A program made the translations under genes and the position numbers. From assembly GCA_023150835.1 (NCBI GenBank), contig JAKLKB010000019.1, forward strand, positions 47,260 through 67,259: 20,000 nt of DNA, read 5' to 3'. Of this stretch, positions 1 through 9,144 are shown one piece after another. Position 1 is the stretch's first letter. Each line of letters begins with the position of its first letter. Under the pieces are notes generated by a model. That model worked only from the letters and a program-made list of their open reading frames with translations. It was not told the DNA's origin and made no database searches. Source of the DNA: Myxococcota bacterium (GTDB taxonomy: Bacteria > Myxococcota_C > UBA6777).

Positions 1-122
1 GCTTGTGTGTTCCATGTCTTGGTTTTGGGGTTGGTTTGTTGCGCGAACGCTTCAGACCATGACCAAAGCGCACACGCGATCATCCCTAACAATAGGGATC
101 GATGGATGCTTTGGATGTTCAT
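1..122 (-). CDS. 5' end of a secreted protein (partial, runs off the left window edge)
   Basis: Manual translation of the minus strand from ATG at 122 gives MNIQSIHRSLLLGMIACALWSWSEAFAQQTNPKTKTWNTQ..., open to the edge. AGGAGG lies just upstream (cgcaggaggataaaaaATG). The peptide looks like a Sec signal with an A-F-A|Q cleavage site. Not in the ORF track. Confidence 0.8.
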   Translation of the reverse strand, partial: MNIQSIHRSLLLGMIACALWSWSEAFAQQTNPKTKTWNTQ

Positions 123-470
123 TTTTTATCCTCCTGCGCTGTGTTGACCATGTGCCGAGTAAGATAGCGAAGATCGTTTGGATTCTATCGTGGATCGTCT
201 CAGTTTGCCAAGATTTGATATCTTTCTGAGGAGTCGTTGTTTGCGAACAATGCGGCCTTTGCGTGAGCCTTTTGTGGGCTGACCCCGATGTTTCGGGGAT
301 GTTGGTTCTGCTTGCATCCTGCCTGCTCTGGCTTGTTGCTTTGGAAGTGTTCGCAGCTCAACAAGGCTTGAGCCGATCCATCGTTTTCGGGTATGGCGCG
401 CCATTTGTTGCGTTGGCGCTGTCGCGTTGGTTGCGTGGCGATTTGCAGTGTCCGCTGCTCTGCCGTATGC

Positions 471-595
471 GCTCATACGAGAGCCGAGAGATGCGTGATC
501 GAAGGGTCGATGCGAGCCGCTGTCGACGCCCTGTTGTTGGGCAGCACAGGGGGTCCCTACGTTTTTCGATCACGCCCCCTGCGGATTTCGCACTC
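471..595. repeat. Dispersed palindromic REP/MITE-like element, copy 1
   Basis: tcatacgagagccgagag...gtcgacgccctgttgttgggcagc...ccctacgtttttcgatcacgccccctgcggatttcg matches 10239-10438 and the reverse complement of 16276-16410. Confidence 0.8.
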
Positions 596-769
596 ATCAG
601 CACAGACCCAAGAGGGGCTTGCTTTGGCTCATCTGTTTTTTTTTGAACCTTTGTTCTTGACTTTTTTTGAACTTTTGTTAAACCAAAAAGCCTTGTTGGG
701 TTAAGCCGCGTGTAGAGATGGGTATTTTGGTTGATTTTGCGCGGGAGTAGGTGACGTGAGGGGTTTGAG

Positions 770-2086
770 ATGAAAAAGATACGAGGATGGTTGTGTGGTG
801 TGAGTTTGTTGTTGGGTGTGGTCGTGGTGTTGGTGGCGTGTGATGGGAAAGCGCCGACAGGTGAGCAAACGACCGAGAACAGCGGTGTAGAGTCGGATCA
901 AGAAAAAGCGGTGGTGGAGTTGGGGAGCGAAAACACGCCGGATGGATCTGTCGAAGCGGGTATTGAGTCGCAGCCCGAGGCGCAAGTCGAGCCGACGACT
1001 GAGCCGACGACTGAGCCGACGACTGAGCCGATGCAGCCCGAAGCAACGACCGAACAGGTCTCGCCCGAGCCGACGACCGAGTCCGTACAGCCCGAAGCAA
1101 CGGCTGAACAGATCTTGCCTGAACCAACCCCCGAGTCCGTGTTGCCCGAACCGCAGCCAGACGGTGTGCTGGGAGCAGATTACAGCAAAGACGGTCCGAT
1201 GAATGTGTCGAGTGTCCCTCGGCGTGATATCACGTTGCCGACGAGTACGGGCTGTGGGAAGTTTTGCAAGGTGTTTGTGGAAGTCAGTTATCCCGATGGC
1301 AGCGCGATCGCGGGGCCGTATCCGCTGGTGCTCTTCTCGAACGGATTTTTGCTCAAGTCATCGTATTATGCGAGCTATGCCAAACGCTTTGCTTCGTGGG
1401 GATATGTGGTGGTGCGTTGGGATACCGATGGCGAAGATCCAACACCGATCATCGGTAAGGGAGCGGTAGATCACGATGCGTTGGGCAAGATGATCGTCGA
1501 GCTGATCTCTTGGGCGGATGCCCAATCCAAAGATCCCGCTTCTGCGCTGCGTGGGAAGTTGGACGCATCCAAAACGTATGCGGTGGGCCATTCACGCGGT
1601 GGGAAGGCGAGTGCGCTTGCAGCAGGGCTTGATCCACGCATCAAGCTGTATTTTGGCATCGACCCTGTGAACTCCAATCCACCGCTGAGTTCAAAGCGCG
1701 TGGATGCGCTGCCTGAGTTGGCAAAAAGCGCAGCACCCGTTGGGGTCGTGGGTTCCGACAACAACACGGGAGGTTTCCAACCCTGCACGCCTGTCAACGA
1801 CAACTACACCAAGTTCTACGACGCAGTTTCGCGCAGCGCGTGGGAGATGCACGTTGTCAACAGCGGCCATATGCAATTTCTCGACAATACGACAAGTTGC
1901 GGCTTTACATGCTCGGCTTGTTCCGACGGTTCGACACCGAGTATGCGTGTGCGCGACCTCACGCAAACGATGATGATCGCGTGGGGAGAAAAGCACTTCC
2001 GAAGTGCCGATATCACGGTCTATTTGACGGGTGCGTGGTCACAACAAGCGACGCAGGCAGGACACGCGAAGTTTCGTCGTAAGTGA
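770..2086 (+). CDS. Lipoprotein with E/P/T-rich linker and chlorophyllase/cutinase-like alpha/beta hydrolase domain
   Basis: Signal peptide with lipobox LVAC. Acidic Pro/Thr linker. Nucleophile GHSRGGK, acid in GIDPV and His in GHMQFLD match the motif order of the chlorophyllase family. Confidence 0.85.
   Translation: MKKIRGWLCGVSLLLGVVVVLVACDGKAPTGEQTTENSGVESDQEKAVVELGSENTPDGSVEAGIESQPEAQVEPTTEPTTEPTTEPMQPEATTEQVSPEPTTESVQPEATAEQILPEPTPESVLPEPQPDGVLGADYSKDGPMNVSSVPRRDITLPTSTGCGKFCKVFVEVSYPDGSAIAGPYPLVLFSNGFLLKSSYYASYAKRFASWGYVVVRWDTDGEDPTPIIGKGAVDHDALGKMIVELISWADAQSKDPASALRGKLDASKTYAVGHSRGGKASALAAGLDPRIKLYFGIDPVNSNPPLSSKRVDALPELAKSAAPVGVVGSDNNTGGFQPCTPVNDNYTKFYDAVSRSAWEMHVVNSGHMQFLDNTTSCGFTCSACSDGSTPSMRVRDLTQTMMIAWGEKHFRSADITVYLTGAWSQQATQAGHAKFRRK
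989..1031 (+). repeat. In-frame 12-bp tandem repeat (gagccgacgact x3.5) encoding EPTT
   Basis: Exact units at 989-1000, 1001-1012 and 1013-1024, plus a partial unit at 1025-1031. Confidence 0.9.
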
Positions 2087-2347
2087 GCTTTTGTGTGTGC
2101 GCCGTAAGTGAGTTTTTTGGGGCGGGTGGTACAGGCTTTTTAGTGATAGAAAGGAACGGGCGAGGGGCAAGTCGCCATTTGTGAGTTTTTGTGGGGGGGT
2201 GTTGCAGGGAGGGGAGCGTGTGTTAGTGTTTTGGCCTTTCGTGTGCTGAAAAGCTGCGCGTGTTGTGGGTGAGGCTCTGGATCTTCGATCTGTTTTGGGG
2301 CGCGTTCAACAAGGCGCGCTGTCATCGGAAAGGTCGAGGGTGGAGTG

Positions 2348-4171
2348 ATGTTGTGGTGTCGGGCAGTCGTGCGTGGGATCGGGATCGGATGGTGTGGTTG
2401 GTTGATGATGCTGTGGTCGTGCCAAGCGCCACAAGAACCGGGCTGTGGGGATGGAAAGACGCTGTGTTCAGCGCGATGCGTGGATCTTGCGAGTGATGTG
2501 GGCCATTGTGGGGCGTGTGGGAAAGCGTGCGGCGCAACCGAGCGTTGTGTAAAAAGCCGATGTGTCGGGCTTTGCGATGGAAAACAAGTGCGTTGTGGCG
2601 AGGCTTGTGTGGATGTGCAAGCGACACGTGCGCATTGTGGGGCGTGTGGGAAAGCGTGCGGTGCAACAGAAGCTTGTGTGGAAGGGCGTTGTGTGTCTTC
2701 GTGCGGGTCGTTGGGGAAAGTCGCGTGCAGTGAGACGTGTGCGGATCTACAGACGGATGTTGCGCATTGTGGTGTGTGTGGGAAGGCTTGTGATGTGACG
2801 GAACGATGCGTGTCTGGGGTGTGTTCGTGTGCTTCAGGAGAAGGCCGATGTGCGGGGCGTTGTGTCGATCTGCGAGCCTCACGAGAACATTGTGGGGCGT
2901 GCGGTGTGGCTTGTGCGGATGGTCAGTCCTGTGCGAGCGGAGTGTGCGTTGCAGTATGCCCTGAAGCGACGCCGTTGTTGTGTTTGGGCGGATGTATCGA
3001 TGTCACGCGAGATTCCCGTCATTGCGGGGGATGTGGGAAGGCGTGTGCGCTGGATCAAGAATGTGTCGGGGGTCAGTGCCTTTGTGCAGAGGGGCTGATG
3101 CGTTGTGGGGATCGTTGTGTGGATGTGATGGCGAATGGTGCGCATTGTGGGGCGTGTGGTTTGGCCTGCGAAGGGGGGCAGGTTTGTTCGGCGGGGGCGT
3201 GTGTGGCTTCGTGTCCTGCGGCGACAGCGACGGTTTGTTTGGGAGGTTGTGCGGATACGCAAAACAACTCATTGCATTGCGGTGCGTGTGGGAAAGGGTG
3301 TACGTGGGGGCAGTATTGTGAAAAGGGAGCGTGTCGTTGTCCCGAAGGACAGGGCTTTTGCGATGGGGCGTGTGTGGATCTGAAGGTGGATCGGCTGCAT
3401 TGTGGGGCGTGCGGGAAGGCTTGCGCGGGGGGGCAGCTTTGCGATGAGGGCGCGTGCGTTGCGAACTGTGCGGCCTCCAAAAAGGCGTGTTATGGGGGTT
3501 GTGTGGACGTATCAAACAATCCGCGTCATTGCGGGGGATGTGGTGTGGTTTGTCGCGCAGGGACGGGCTGTGTCAAAGGGCAGTGTCAGTGCGCGGCAGG
3601 TCAAGTGCGTTGTGGTCGGTCATGTGTGGAAGTGGCGGCAGATCCGTTGAATTGTGGGCGTTGTGGTCTGGCTTGTGGGATGGGCGAGCGTTGCGTGGAG
3701 GGGCGTTGTGAAGTGGGTTGCAGTCCTTCGTATCCAGATCGCTGCGGAGATCGTTGTGTGGATCGCAAGCGCGATAACGCGCATTGTGGGGCGTGTGGCG
3801 TGGCCTGCCCGCAAGGGCAGCTTTGCGTGGAAGGCAAGTGCGCGTTGAACTGCCCTGCTGGACAGAGTCCGTGTGATGGGATCTGTGCGGATCTGCAAAC
3901 AGACACGCTGCATTGTGGTGTGTGTGGGAAGGCTTGTGCCTCGTACGAGCGTTGTGTCGCGGGAGTGTGTGCTTGCGAAGAAGGCGTGGGACGGGCGTGT
4001 TATACGGGTCCAGCGGGGACGGAAGGAAGAGGCGTCTGCAAGGGCGGCGTCTCGCATTGCAAACAAGGCCAGTGGTCGGCGTGTGTGGGCGAAGTGTTGC
4101 CCTCTGCGGAGATCCCGCAAGATCGGTTGGACAATAACTGCGATGGCCAAGTCGACGAAGTCGTGCCGTAA
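2348..4171 (+). CDS. Cys-rich repeat lipoprotein (MXAN_6577/Stig1-like repeats) ending in a DNxCDG (MopE-like) motif
   Basis: Putative lipobox LWSC. Twelve D-x6-[HN]CGxCGxxC repeats (one starts with E). Terminal module CYTGPAGT...DNNCDGQVDE. The start could be GTG 2345 or ATG 2348. Confidence 0.85.
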   Translation: MLWCRAVVRGIGIGWCGWLMMLWSCQAPQEPGCGDGKTLCSARCVDLASDVGHCGACGKACGATERCVKSRCVGLCDGKQVRCGEACVDVQATRAHCGACGKACGATEACVEGRCVSSCGSLGKVACSETCADLQTDVAHCGVCGKACDVTERCVSGVCSCASGEGRCAGRCVDLRASREHCGACGVACADGQSCASGVCVAVCPEATPLLCLGGCIDVTRDSRHCGGCGKACALDQECVGGQCLCAEGLMRCGDRCVDVMANGAHCGACGLACEGGQVCSAGACVASCPAATATVCLGGCADTQNNSLHCGACGKGCTWGQYCEKGACRCPEGQGFCDGACVDLKVDRLHCGACGKACAGGQLCDEGACVANCAASKKACYGGCVDVSNNPRHCGGCGVVCRAGTGCVKGQCQCAAGQVRCGRSCVEVAADPLNCGRCGLACGMGERCVEGRCEVGCSPSYPDRCGDRCVDRKRDNAHCGACGVACPQGQLCVEGKCALNCPAGQSPCDGICADLQTDTLHCGVCGKACASYERCVAGVCACEEGVGRACYTGPAGTEGRGVCKGGVSHCKQGQWSACVGEVLPSAEIPQDRLDNNCDGQVDEVVP

Positions 4172-4209
4172 GAAGGGGGAGTCGTGATGAGTCGGATATT
4201 TGGAAAGAA

Positions 4210-4278
4210 GCGAGTGTTTGGGATATTCGGAGATAGGCGAGCGTTTGGGATATTCGGAGATAGGCGAGCGTCTGGGAT
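4210..4278 (+). repeat. 27-bp tandem repeat x2.5 (gcgagYgtttgggatattcggagatag)
   Basis: Units at 4210-4236 and 4237-4263, plus a partial unit at 4264-4278. Confidence 0.9.
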
Positions 4279-4327
4279 GGTGGGGATGCGACATCGCAAC
4301 TCCATCTTGTCCGATGGACGGGTGCGG

Positions 4328-4436
4328 GTCGATACGCGAGGCCATGAGAGCGTCGATCAGGTATTTGTGAAAGAGCGGGCAAGGCAACCGGTCGATACGC
4401 GAGGCCATGAGAGCGTCGATACGCGAGGCCATGAGA
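4328..4436 (+). repeat. 24-bp direct repeat x3 (gtcgatacgcgaggccatgagagc)
   Basis: Copies at 4328-4351, 4391-4414 and 4415-4436 (last copy 22 bp). Confidence 0.9.
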
Positions 4437-4528
4437 TGTTTGGGATGCGAGCCGATGGGGGCGAAAGCGTTTGGAATGAGCTTTCGTGTCGAGCCATCGC
4501 CAAAAGACAGCAGGCAAAGGGTCAAAAG

Positions 4529-7500
4529 ATGCAGCAGCGAATCGGTGTATGGGGCTTTTGGCGTGGCGTGATGGTGTTGTTGTGGGGGATGTGGGGAGTG
4601 GCCTGTCAGCCTCCCCAGCCCTCTTTGTTGTGTGAAACGGGAAAAGCCCGTTGTGGCGAGGCTTGTGTAGACGTCACGCAAGATCCGAAGCATTGTGGGG
4701 TGTGTGGGGCGGTGTGCCGTTCGGAGGAGCGCTGTGACAAGGGCTTGTGTGTGTTGCGTTGCGCGGCTGGGACGCAAGATTGCGCAGGGAATTGTGTGGA
4801 TATCTTGGCAAGCGAAAAGCATTGTGGCGCGTGCGCAAAAGCCTGTGCAACGGGCGAGCGTTGTTTTTTGGGTCGATGTGTTTCAGCTTGTCCGCCCAAT
4901 CTCCCCGATCTTTGCGAGGGGACGTGCGTGGACAAACGATCGGACCGCAAGCATTGTGGGGCGTGTGGTGAGATCTGTGCGGTGGGCCGAGTCTGCCAAG
5001 AAGGCGGATGCCGCTGTCCTATCGGGCAGTTCTTGTGTGGGAGTACTTGTGTCGATCCGATGACCAGTACGCAACACTGCGGAGATTGCAAGCGCCCTTG
5101 TGCAGAGGGCCAGATCTGTGCAAGCGGAACGTGCGTTCCTTCGTGTCCATCGGCAACACCGACGACGTGCTTTGGGGGATGTGTTGATACGCAAAGCCAC
5201 CGCTTGCATTGTGGGGGATGCGGTCGGGTTTGTTTGGCTGGACAAAGCTGCTCTGCGGGGAAGTGTTTGTGCGCCGAAGATATCACGGAGTGCGGAGATC
5301 GTTGTGTCGATCTGACCTCGGATTATGCGCACTGTGGGGCGTGTGGGGCGGCTTGTGCGGGAGGTCAGTTGTGTGCTTTCGGCGGTTGTGTGACGTCATG
5401 TCCTGCGGCAACACCCACCGCTTGTTTCGGCGGATGCGTCGACACACAAAGCAATCGATTGCATTGCGGAGCCTGCGGTACAGCCTGCGGAGCAGGGCAA
5501 TCTTGTATCCAAGGCAAGTGTGTGTGCCCTCCCAATCAAAAGCTTTGTGATGGTGTTTGCGTCGATCCTCGCGCCAACTTCCAACATTGCGGGACGTGTA
5601 TGCAGATCTGCGCGATGGGTGAGGTGTGTGGTGACGCGAAGTGCCAGATCCAATGCCCTGCGGCGACGGCGACGATCTGCTTTGGTGGTTGTGTCGATCT
5701 GCAAAGTGATACGTTGCATTGTGGCGGATGTGGCAAGCGTTGCGGCTTTGGAACGGCGTGTGAAAAAGGCCAGTGCGTTTGTGCTGTGGGGTTTGCGCTG
5801 TGTGGAGGGCGTTGTCAAGACCTTCAAAACGCACGTGCGCACTGTGGGGCGTGTGGCAAGGCGTGTGGGCCAACCGAGTCTTGCGTCAAAGGGGCGTGTG
5901 AGCCTGTGTGTTTGCGTGAAGCCCCGACGCGCTGTGGTGCGTTGTGCGTCGACACAAAGCAAGATGCCCGTCATTGCGGAAGCTGCGACAAAGCCTGTGC
6001 GCAAGGCGAGCGTTGCCGAGATGGTCAGTGCGTTCCCGAATGCCCTGTGGGGCAGACTCTTTGCGCGGGACAATGCTTCGATCTGCAACGTTCTTTGCAG
6101 CACTGCGGGACGTGCGGAAATGCTTGCGCGGCAGGGTCGGTGTGTAAAGCGGGGCGGTGCGATTGTGTGGATGGCGCTGTGCGCTCTTGCTATGAGGCTC
6201 CCGCCGCCACCAAGGGCGTGGGGCCTTGTGTCGCAGGTGAACAACGCTGTACAGCGGGTGTTTGGGGCCCTTGCACAGGGCAGGTATTGCCGAGTATCGA
6301 GATCAAGGACGGTGTGGACAATGATTGCGATGGGATGGTCGATGAGTCCGTACAAGTTCAACTTTTTGCGGGAAATTCGCTGCTGAAAAATGGTGGATTG
6401 CTGGAGGCGCGCTTTCATCAACCCGCACAGATCGTCTCGGATAGTGCGGGAAATCTGTATCTTGCAGATACCGCCAACCACATGATCCGAAAGATCGATC
6501 CACAAGGCAACGTGACAACCTTCGCAGGGACGGGTGTTCCAGCATTCAAAGACGGGACCGCTCTCCAAGCCACCTTCCAGCACCCCGAAGATCTCGCCTT
6601 TGACAGCAAAGGAAACTTGTACATCGCAGACACAGGCAACCACGCCATCCGCATGATCGATCTACAAGGCAACGTCAAGACGATCGCAGGTGCCGGAAAG
6701 TCGGGATTTCAAGATGGATCTGGTGGACAAGCGCTGTTCTTTTCTCCGCGTGGGATCGCGTTCGATAAAAATGGGACGCTTTTTGTTGCAGATACGGGCA
6801 ACCACGCGATCCGCAAAGTCGATCCACAAGGCCAAGTTAGCCTGATCGCAGGAAATGGCGTCGCTGGATTTAGTGATGGTACGGGCAAGATGGCTCAATT
6901 CGACGAACCCACCGATCTGGTCATCGACTCCGCAAACAACCTGTACGTCGCCGATTCGCAGAACCATCGCATCCGAAAGGTCGATGACAAGGGCGTCGTC
7001 ACCACCTTTGCAGGGGCGGGCCTTGCAGACTTTCTTGATGGAAAAGCTCAACAAGCGCGCTTTAAGGCTCCGCGTGGTCTGCTCTTGGACGGGGCTGGAA
7101 ACCTGTACGTCGCCGATGCCTTTAACCATCGTATCCGCAAGATCGACGCTCAAGGCAACGTCTCCACTCTTGCAGGGACGGGAAATGCAGGGTTTAAGGA
7201 CGACACAGGCTTGAATGCGCAGCTCTATCGGCCTTCTGGACTGGCGCTCGATAACAAAGGCGACTTGATGATCGTCGACACAGAAAACAAGCGTGTTCGC
7301 AAACTGTCGCTGAATACGGGGATTGTCACCACGTTGACGGGCGATGATCCGCGTGGTTTTGTCGATGGTTCGGTCGGGCAAGCCAAGTTCAATCGCGTTT
7401 CCGCTGTCACCACCGATCTCACCAACGGAGATGTGTTTGTGGCCGACAGCGAGAATCATCGCATCCGAAATGTCGATCCCAAGGGCCTGACCACCACGCT

Positions 7501-8290
7501 GTCTGGAACGGGCCAAGCGGGTTATTTGGACGGTGATGCGGCGACGGCTCGTTTTCAATCGCCGCGTGGCTTGGTGTTTTCGCACTCTTCTCGGATGCTT
7601 TACGTTGCCGACACGCGAAACCATCGCATCCGCATCGTCGATCTCCAAGGAAAGGTGACGACCCTCGCAGGAGACGGAACAGCGGGCTTGCGTGATGGTG
7701 CGGCGATGCAAGCCAACTTTCGTGAGCCTCAAGGTCTTGCCCTCGATGAAGCCGCCAACCTCTTGTACGTAGCAGACACAGGCAACCACGTGATCCGCTT
7801 GATTGATCTCGCGGCAGGGCAAGTCAAAACCTACGCAGGAGACGGCACGTTGGGCTTTGTCGATGCAGACGCAACCAAGGCGCGTTTTGCCGCTCCTCAA
7901 GGTATCGCGTGGCAACAAGGGGTGGGGTTGCTTGTGGCGGATACGCAGAATGTGCGGATTCGGCTGGTGGATACCAAGCAGCAAGTTCGAACTGTCGCAG
8001 GAGCCGGCAAAGTCGCACGCACAGACGGCGAGGCGTTACGAGCCAACTTTCTCGAACCGATCGGCTTGTTGGTGGGGCGCGACAAACGCCTGTATATCAC
8101 CGATCAAACAAGCATCCGATGGTTGGAAAAGGGGCGCGTTCAAACCTTTGTGGGGGCGAGCTATGCAAGCTATCTCGACGGCGATATCTCTGTGGCTTCG
8201 TTTGGACAGATCTGGGGTCTGGTGCAACGCTACGACGGTGCCTTGGTTGCGGCAGATCAGGGATACCACCATCTGCGCTTGATCCAGTGA
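4529..8290 (+). CDS. Lipoprotein with 12 Cys-rich repeats, a DNxCDG module and 12 NHL repeats (two predicted six-bladed beta-propellers)
   Basis: Start moved to ATG 4529 because MQQRIGVWGFWRGVMVLLWGMWGVAC is a signal peptide with lipobox. Twelve HCGxC repeats, then DGVDNDCDGMVDE, then 12 LYVADxxNHxIRxID-type repeats (last two degenerate). Confidence 0.88.
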   Translation: MQQRIGVWGFWRGVMVLLWGMWGVACQPPQPSLLCETGKARCGEACVDVTQDPKHCGVCGAVCRSEERCDKGLCVLRCAAGTQDCAGNCVDILASEKHCGACAKACATGERCFLGRCVSACPPNLPDLCEGTCVDKRSDRKHCGACGEICAVGRVCQEGGCRCPIGQFLCGSTCVDPMTSTQHCGDCKRPCAEGQICASGTCVPSCPSATPTTCFGGCVDTQSHRLHCGGCGRVCLAGQSCSAGKCLCAEDITECGDRCVDLTSDYAHCGACGAACAGGQLCAFGGCVTSCPAATPTACFGGCVDTQSNRLHCGACGTACGAGQSCIQGKCVCPPNQKLCDGVCVDPRANFQHCGTCMQICAMGEVCGDAKCQIQCPAATATICFGGCVDLQSDTLHCGGCGKRCGFGTACEKGQCVCAVGFALCGGRCQDLQNARAHCGACGKACGPTESCVKGACEPVCLREAPTRCGALCVDTKQDARHCGSCDKACAQGERCRDGQCVPECPVGQTLCAGQCFDLQRSLQHCGTCGNACAAGSVCKAGRCDCVDGAVRSCYEAPAATKGVGPCVAGEQRCTAGVWGPCTGQVLPSIEIKDGVDNDCDGMVDESVQVQLFAGNSLLKNGGLLEARFHQPAQIVSDSAGNLYLADTANHMIRKIDPQGNVTTFAGTGVPAFKDGTALQATFQHPEDLAFDSKGNLYIADTGNHAIRMIDLQGNVKTIAGAGKSGFQDGSGGQALFFSPRGIAFDKNGTLFVADTGNHAIRKVDPQGQVSLIAGNGVAGFSDGTGKMAQFDEPTDLVIDSANNLYVADSQNHRIRKVDDKGVVTTFAGAGLADFLDGKAQQARFKAPRGLLLDGAGNLYVADAFNHRIRKIDAQGNVSTLAGTGNAGFKDDTGLNAQLYRPSGLALDNKGDLMIVDTENKRVRKLSLNTGIVTTLTGDDPRGFVDGSVGQAKFNRVSAVTTDLTNGDVFVADSENHRIRNVDPKGLTTTLSGTGQAGYLDGDAATARFQSPRGLVFSHSSRMLYVADTRNHRIRIVDLQGKVTTLAGDGTAGLRDGAAMQANFREPQGLALDEAANLLYVADTGNHVIRLIDLAAGQVKTYAGDGTLGFVDADATKARFAAPQGIAWQQGVGLLVADTQNVRIRLVDTKQQVRTVAGAGKVARTDGEALRANFLEPIGLLVGRDKRLYITDQTSIRWLEKGRVQTFVGASYASYLDGDISVASFGQIWGLVQRYDGALVAADQGYHHLRLIQ

Positions 8291-8344
8291 AGACAAAGAA
8301 AGGCACACAGTAGCCTTTCGCCGAAAAGAAATGGAGGTTGGTTC

Positions 8345-9118
8345 GTGGATATCTTGGTGATCTCTGTGGTTGCTTTTTTGGCGTCGGGGCTGACTCTTTT
8401 TTCTGGGTTTGGTTTGGGTACGCTCTTGATGCCGGTTGTTGCGCTTTTTTTCTCGGTTGACGTGGCGATCGCGATGACTGCGATGGTTCACTTGGCGAAC
8501 AACCTTTTTAAGGTTGTTTTGCTTGGCAAAGATGCGAACCGAGCGGTTCTTTGGAGGTTTGGGACGTCGGCTGTTCTGTTTGCTTTTCTTGGGGCGTTGG
8601 TGTTGGGGTGGCTGTCGGGGGCTGCTCCTGTTTTTGCGTATACGGTGTTTGGTCGATTGTTTCAGGTTTTTCCGATCAAGCTTGTTGTGGGTGTGTTGGT
8701 GCTGATGTTTGTTCTTTTGGAGTTATCGTCGTGGTTTGCATCTTTGGAGCTTGACAGAAAGTATCTTCCTCTTGGAGGGATGGTGAGCGGATTTTTTGGC
8801 GGGCTTTCAGGACATCAGGGGGCATTTCGCAGTATGTTTTTGTTGAAGGCGGGTTTGAGCAAAGAAGAATTTGTTGCGACAGGCGTGGTGTTGGCTGTTT
8901 TGGTCGACACGTCGAGGATGTTCGTTTACGGGTGGGGGATGATCGGCCAACAGCACGGCATCCGATGGACATTGATCATCGTGGCGTCTCTTTCGGCTTT
9001 TCTTGGGGCTTATTTGGGCGCGAAGTGGCTTCAAAAGGTGACGATCCGTTCGATTCAACTCGCTGTTTCGGCGCTTCTTATCTTGCTTGCTTTGGGGATG
9101 ATCGCGGGTGTGTTGTGA
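8345..9118 (+). CDS. TSUP (TauE/SafE sulfite exporter family) membrane protein
   Basis: 257 aa, multiple hydrophobic segments, Gly-rich SGFGLGTLLMP and SGFFGGLSGHQG repeats. GGAGG precedes the GTG start. Confidence 0.85.
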   Translation: MDILVISVVAFLASGLTLFSGFGLGTLLMPVVALFFSVDVAIAMTAMVHLANNLFKVVLLGKDANRAVLWRFGTSAVLFAFLGALVLGWLSGAAPVFAYTVFGRLFQVFPIKLVVGVLVLMFVLLELSSWFASLELDRKYLPLGGMVSGFFGGLSGHQGAFRSMFLLKAGLSKEEFVATGVVLAVLVDTSRMFVYGWGMIGQQHGIRWTLIIVASLSAFLGAYLGAKWLQKVTIRSIQLAVSALLILLALGMIAGVL

Positions 9119-9144
9119 TCGTGGGAGGCGGATGGAGGGCTGTG

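Noticed and set aside
5-704. Plus-strand ORFs 5..229, 263..646 and 393..704
   Set aside because: No RBS or recognisable family. The first is antisense to the better-supported minus-strand gene and the others run through the repeat element. A short resemblance (EVFAAQQ vs EAFAQQ) to the minus-strand signal peptide is too weak to call.
4328-4436. 24-bp repeats with one 39-bp gap as a possible CRISPR
   Set aside because: Two copies are directly adjacent with no spacer, so the pattern fits slippage duplication.
4184-4528. 115-aa N-terminal extension of the 1368-aa ORF
   Set aside because: It is translated tandem-repeat DNA and would bury the signal peptide and lipobox that begin at ATG 4529.
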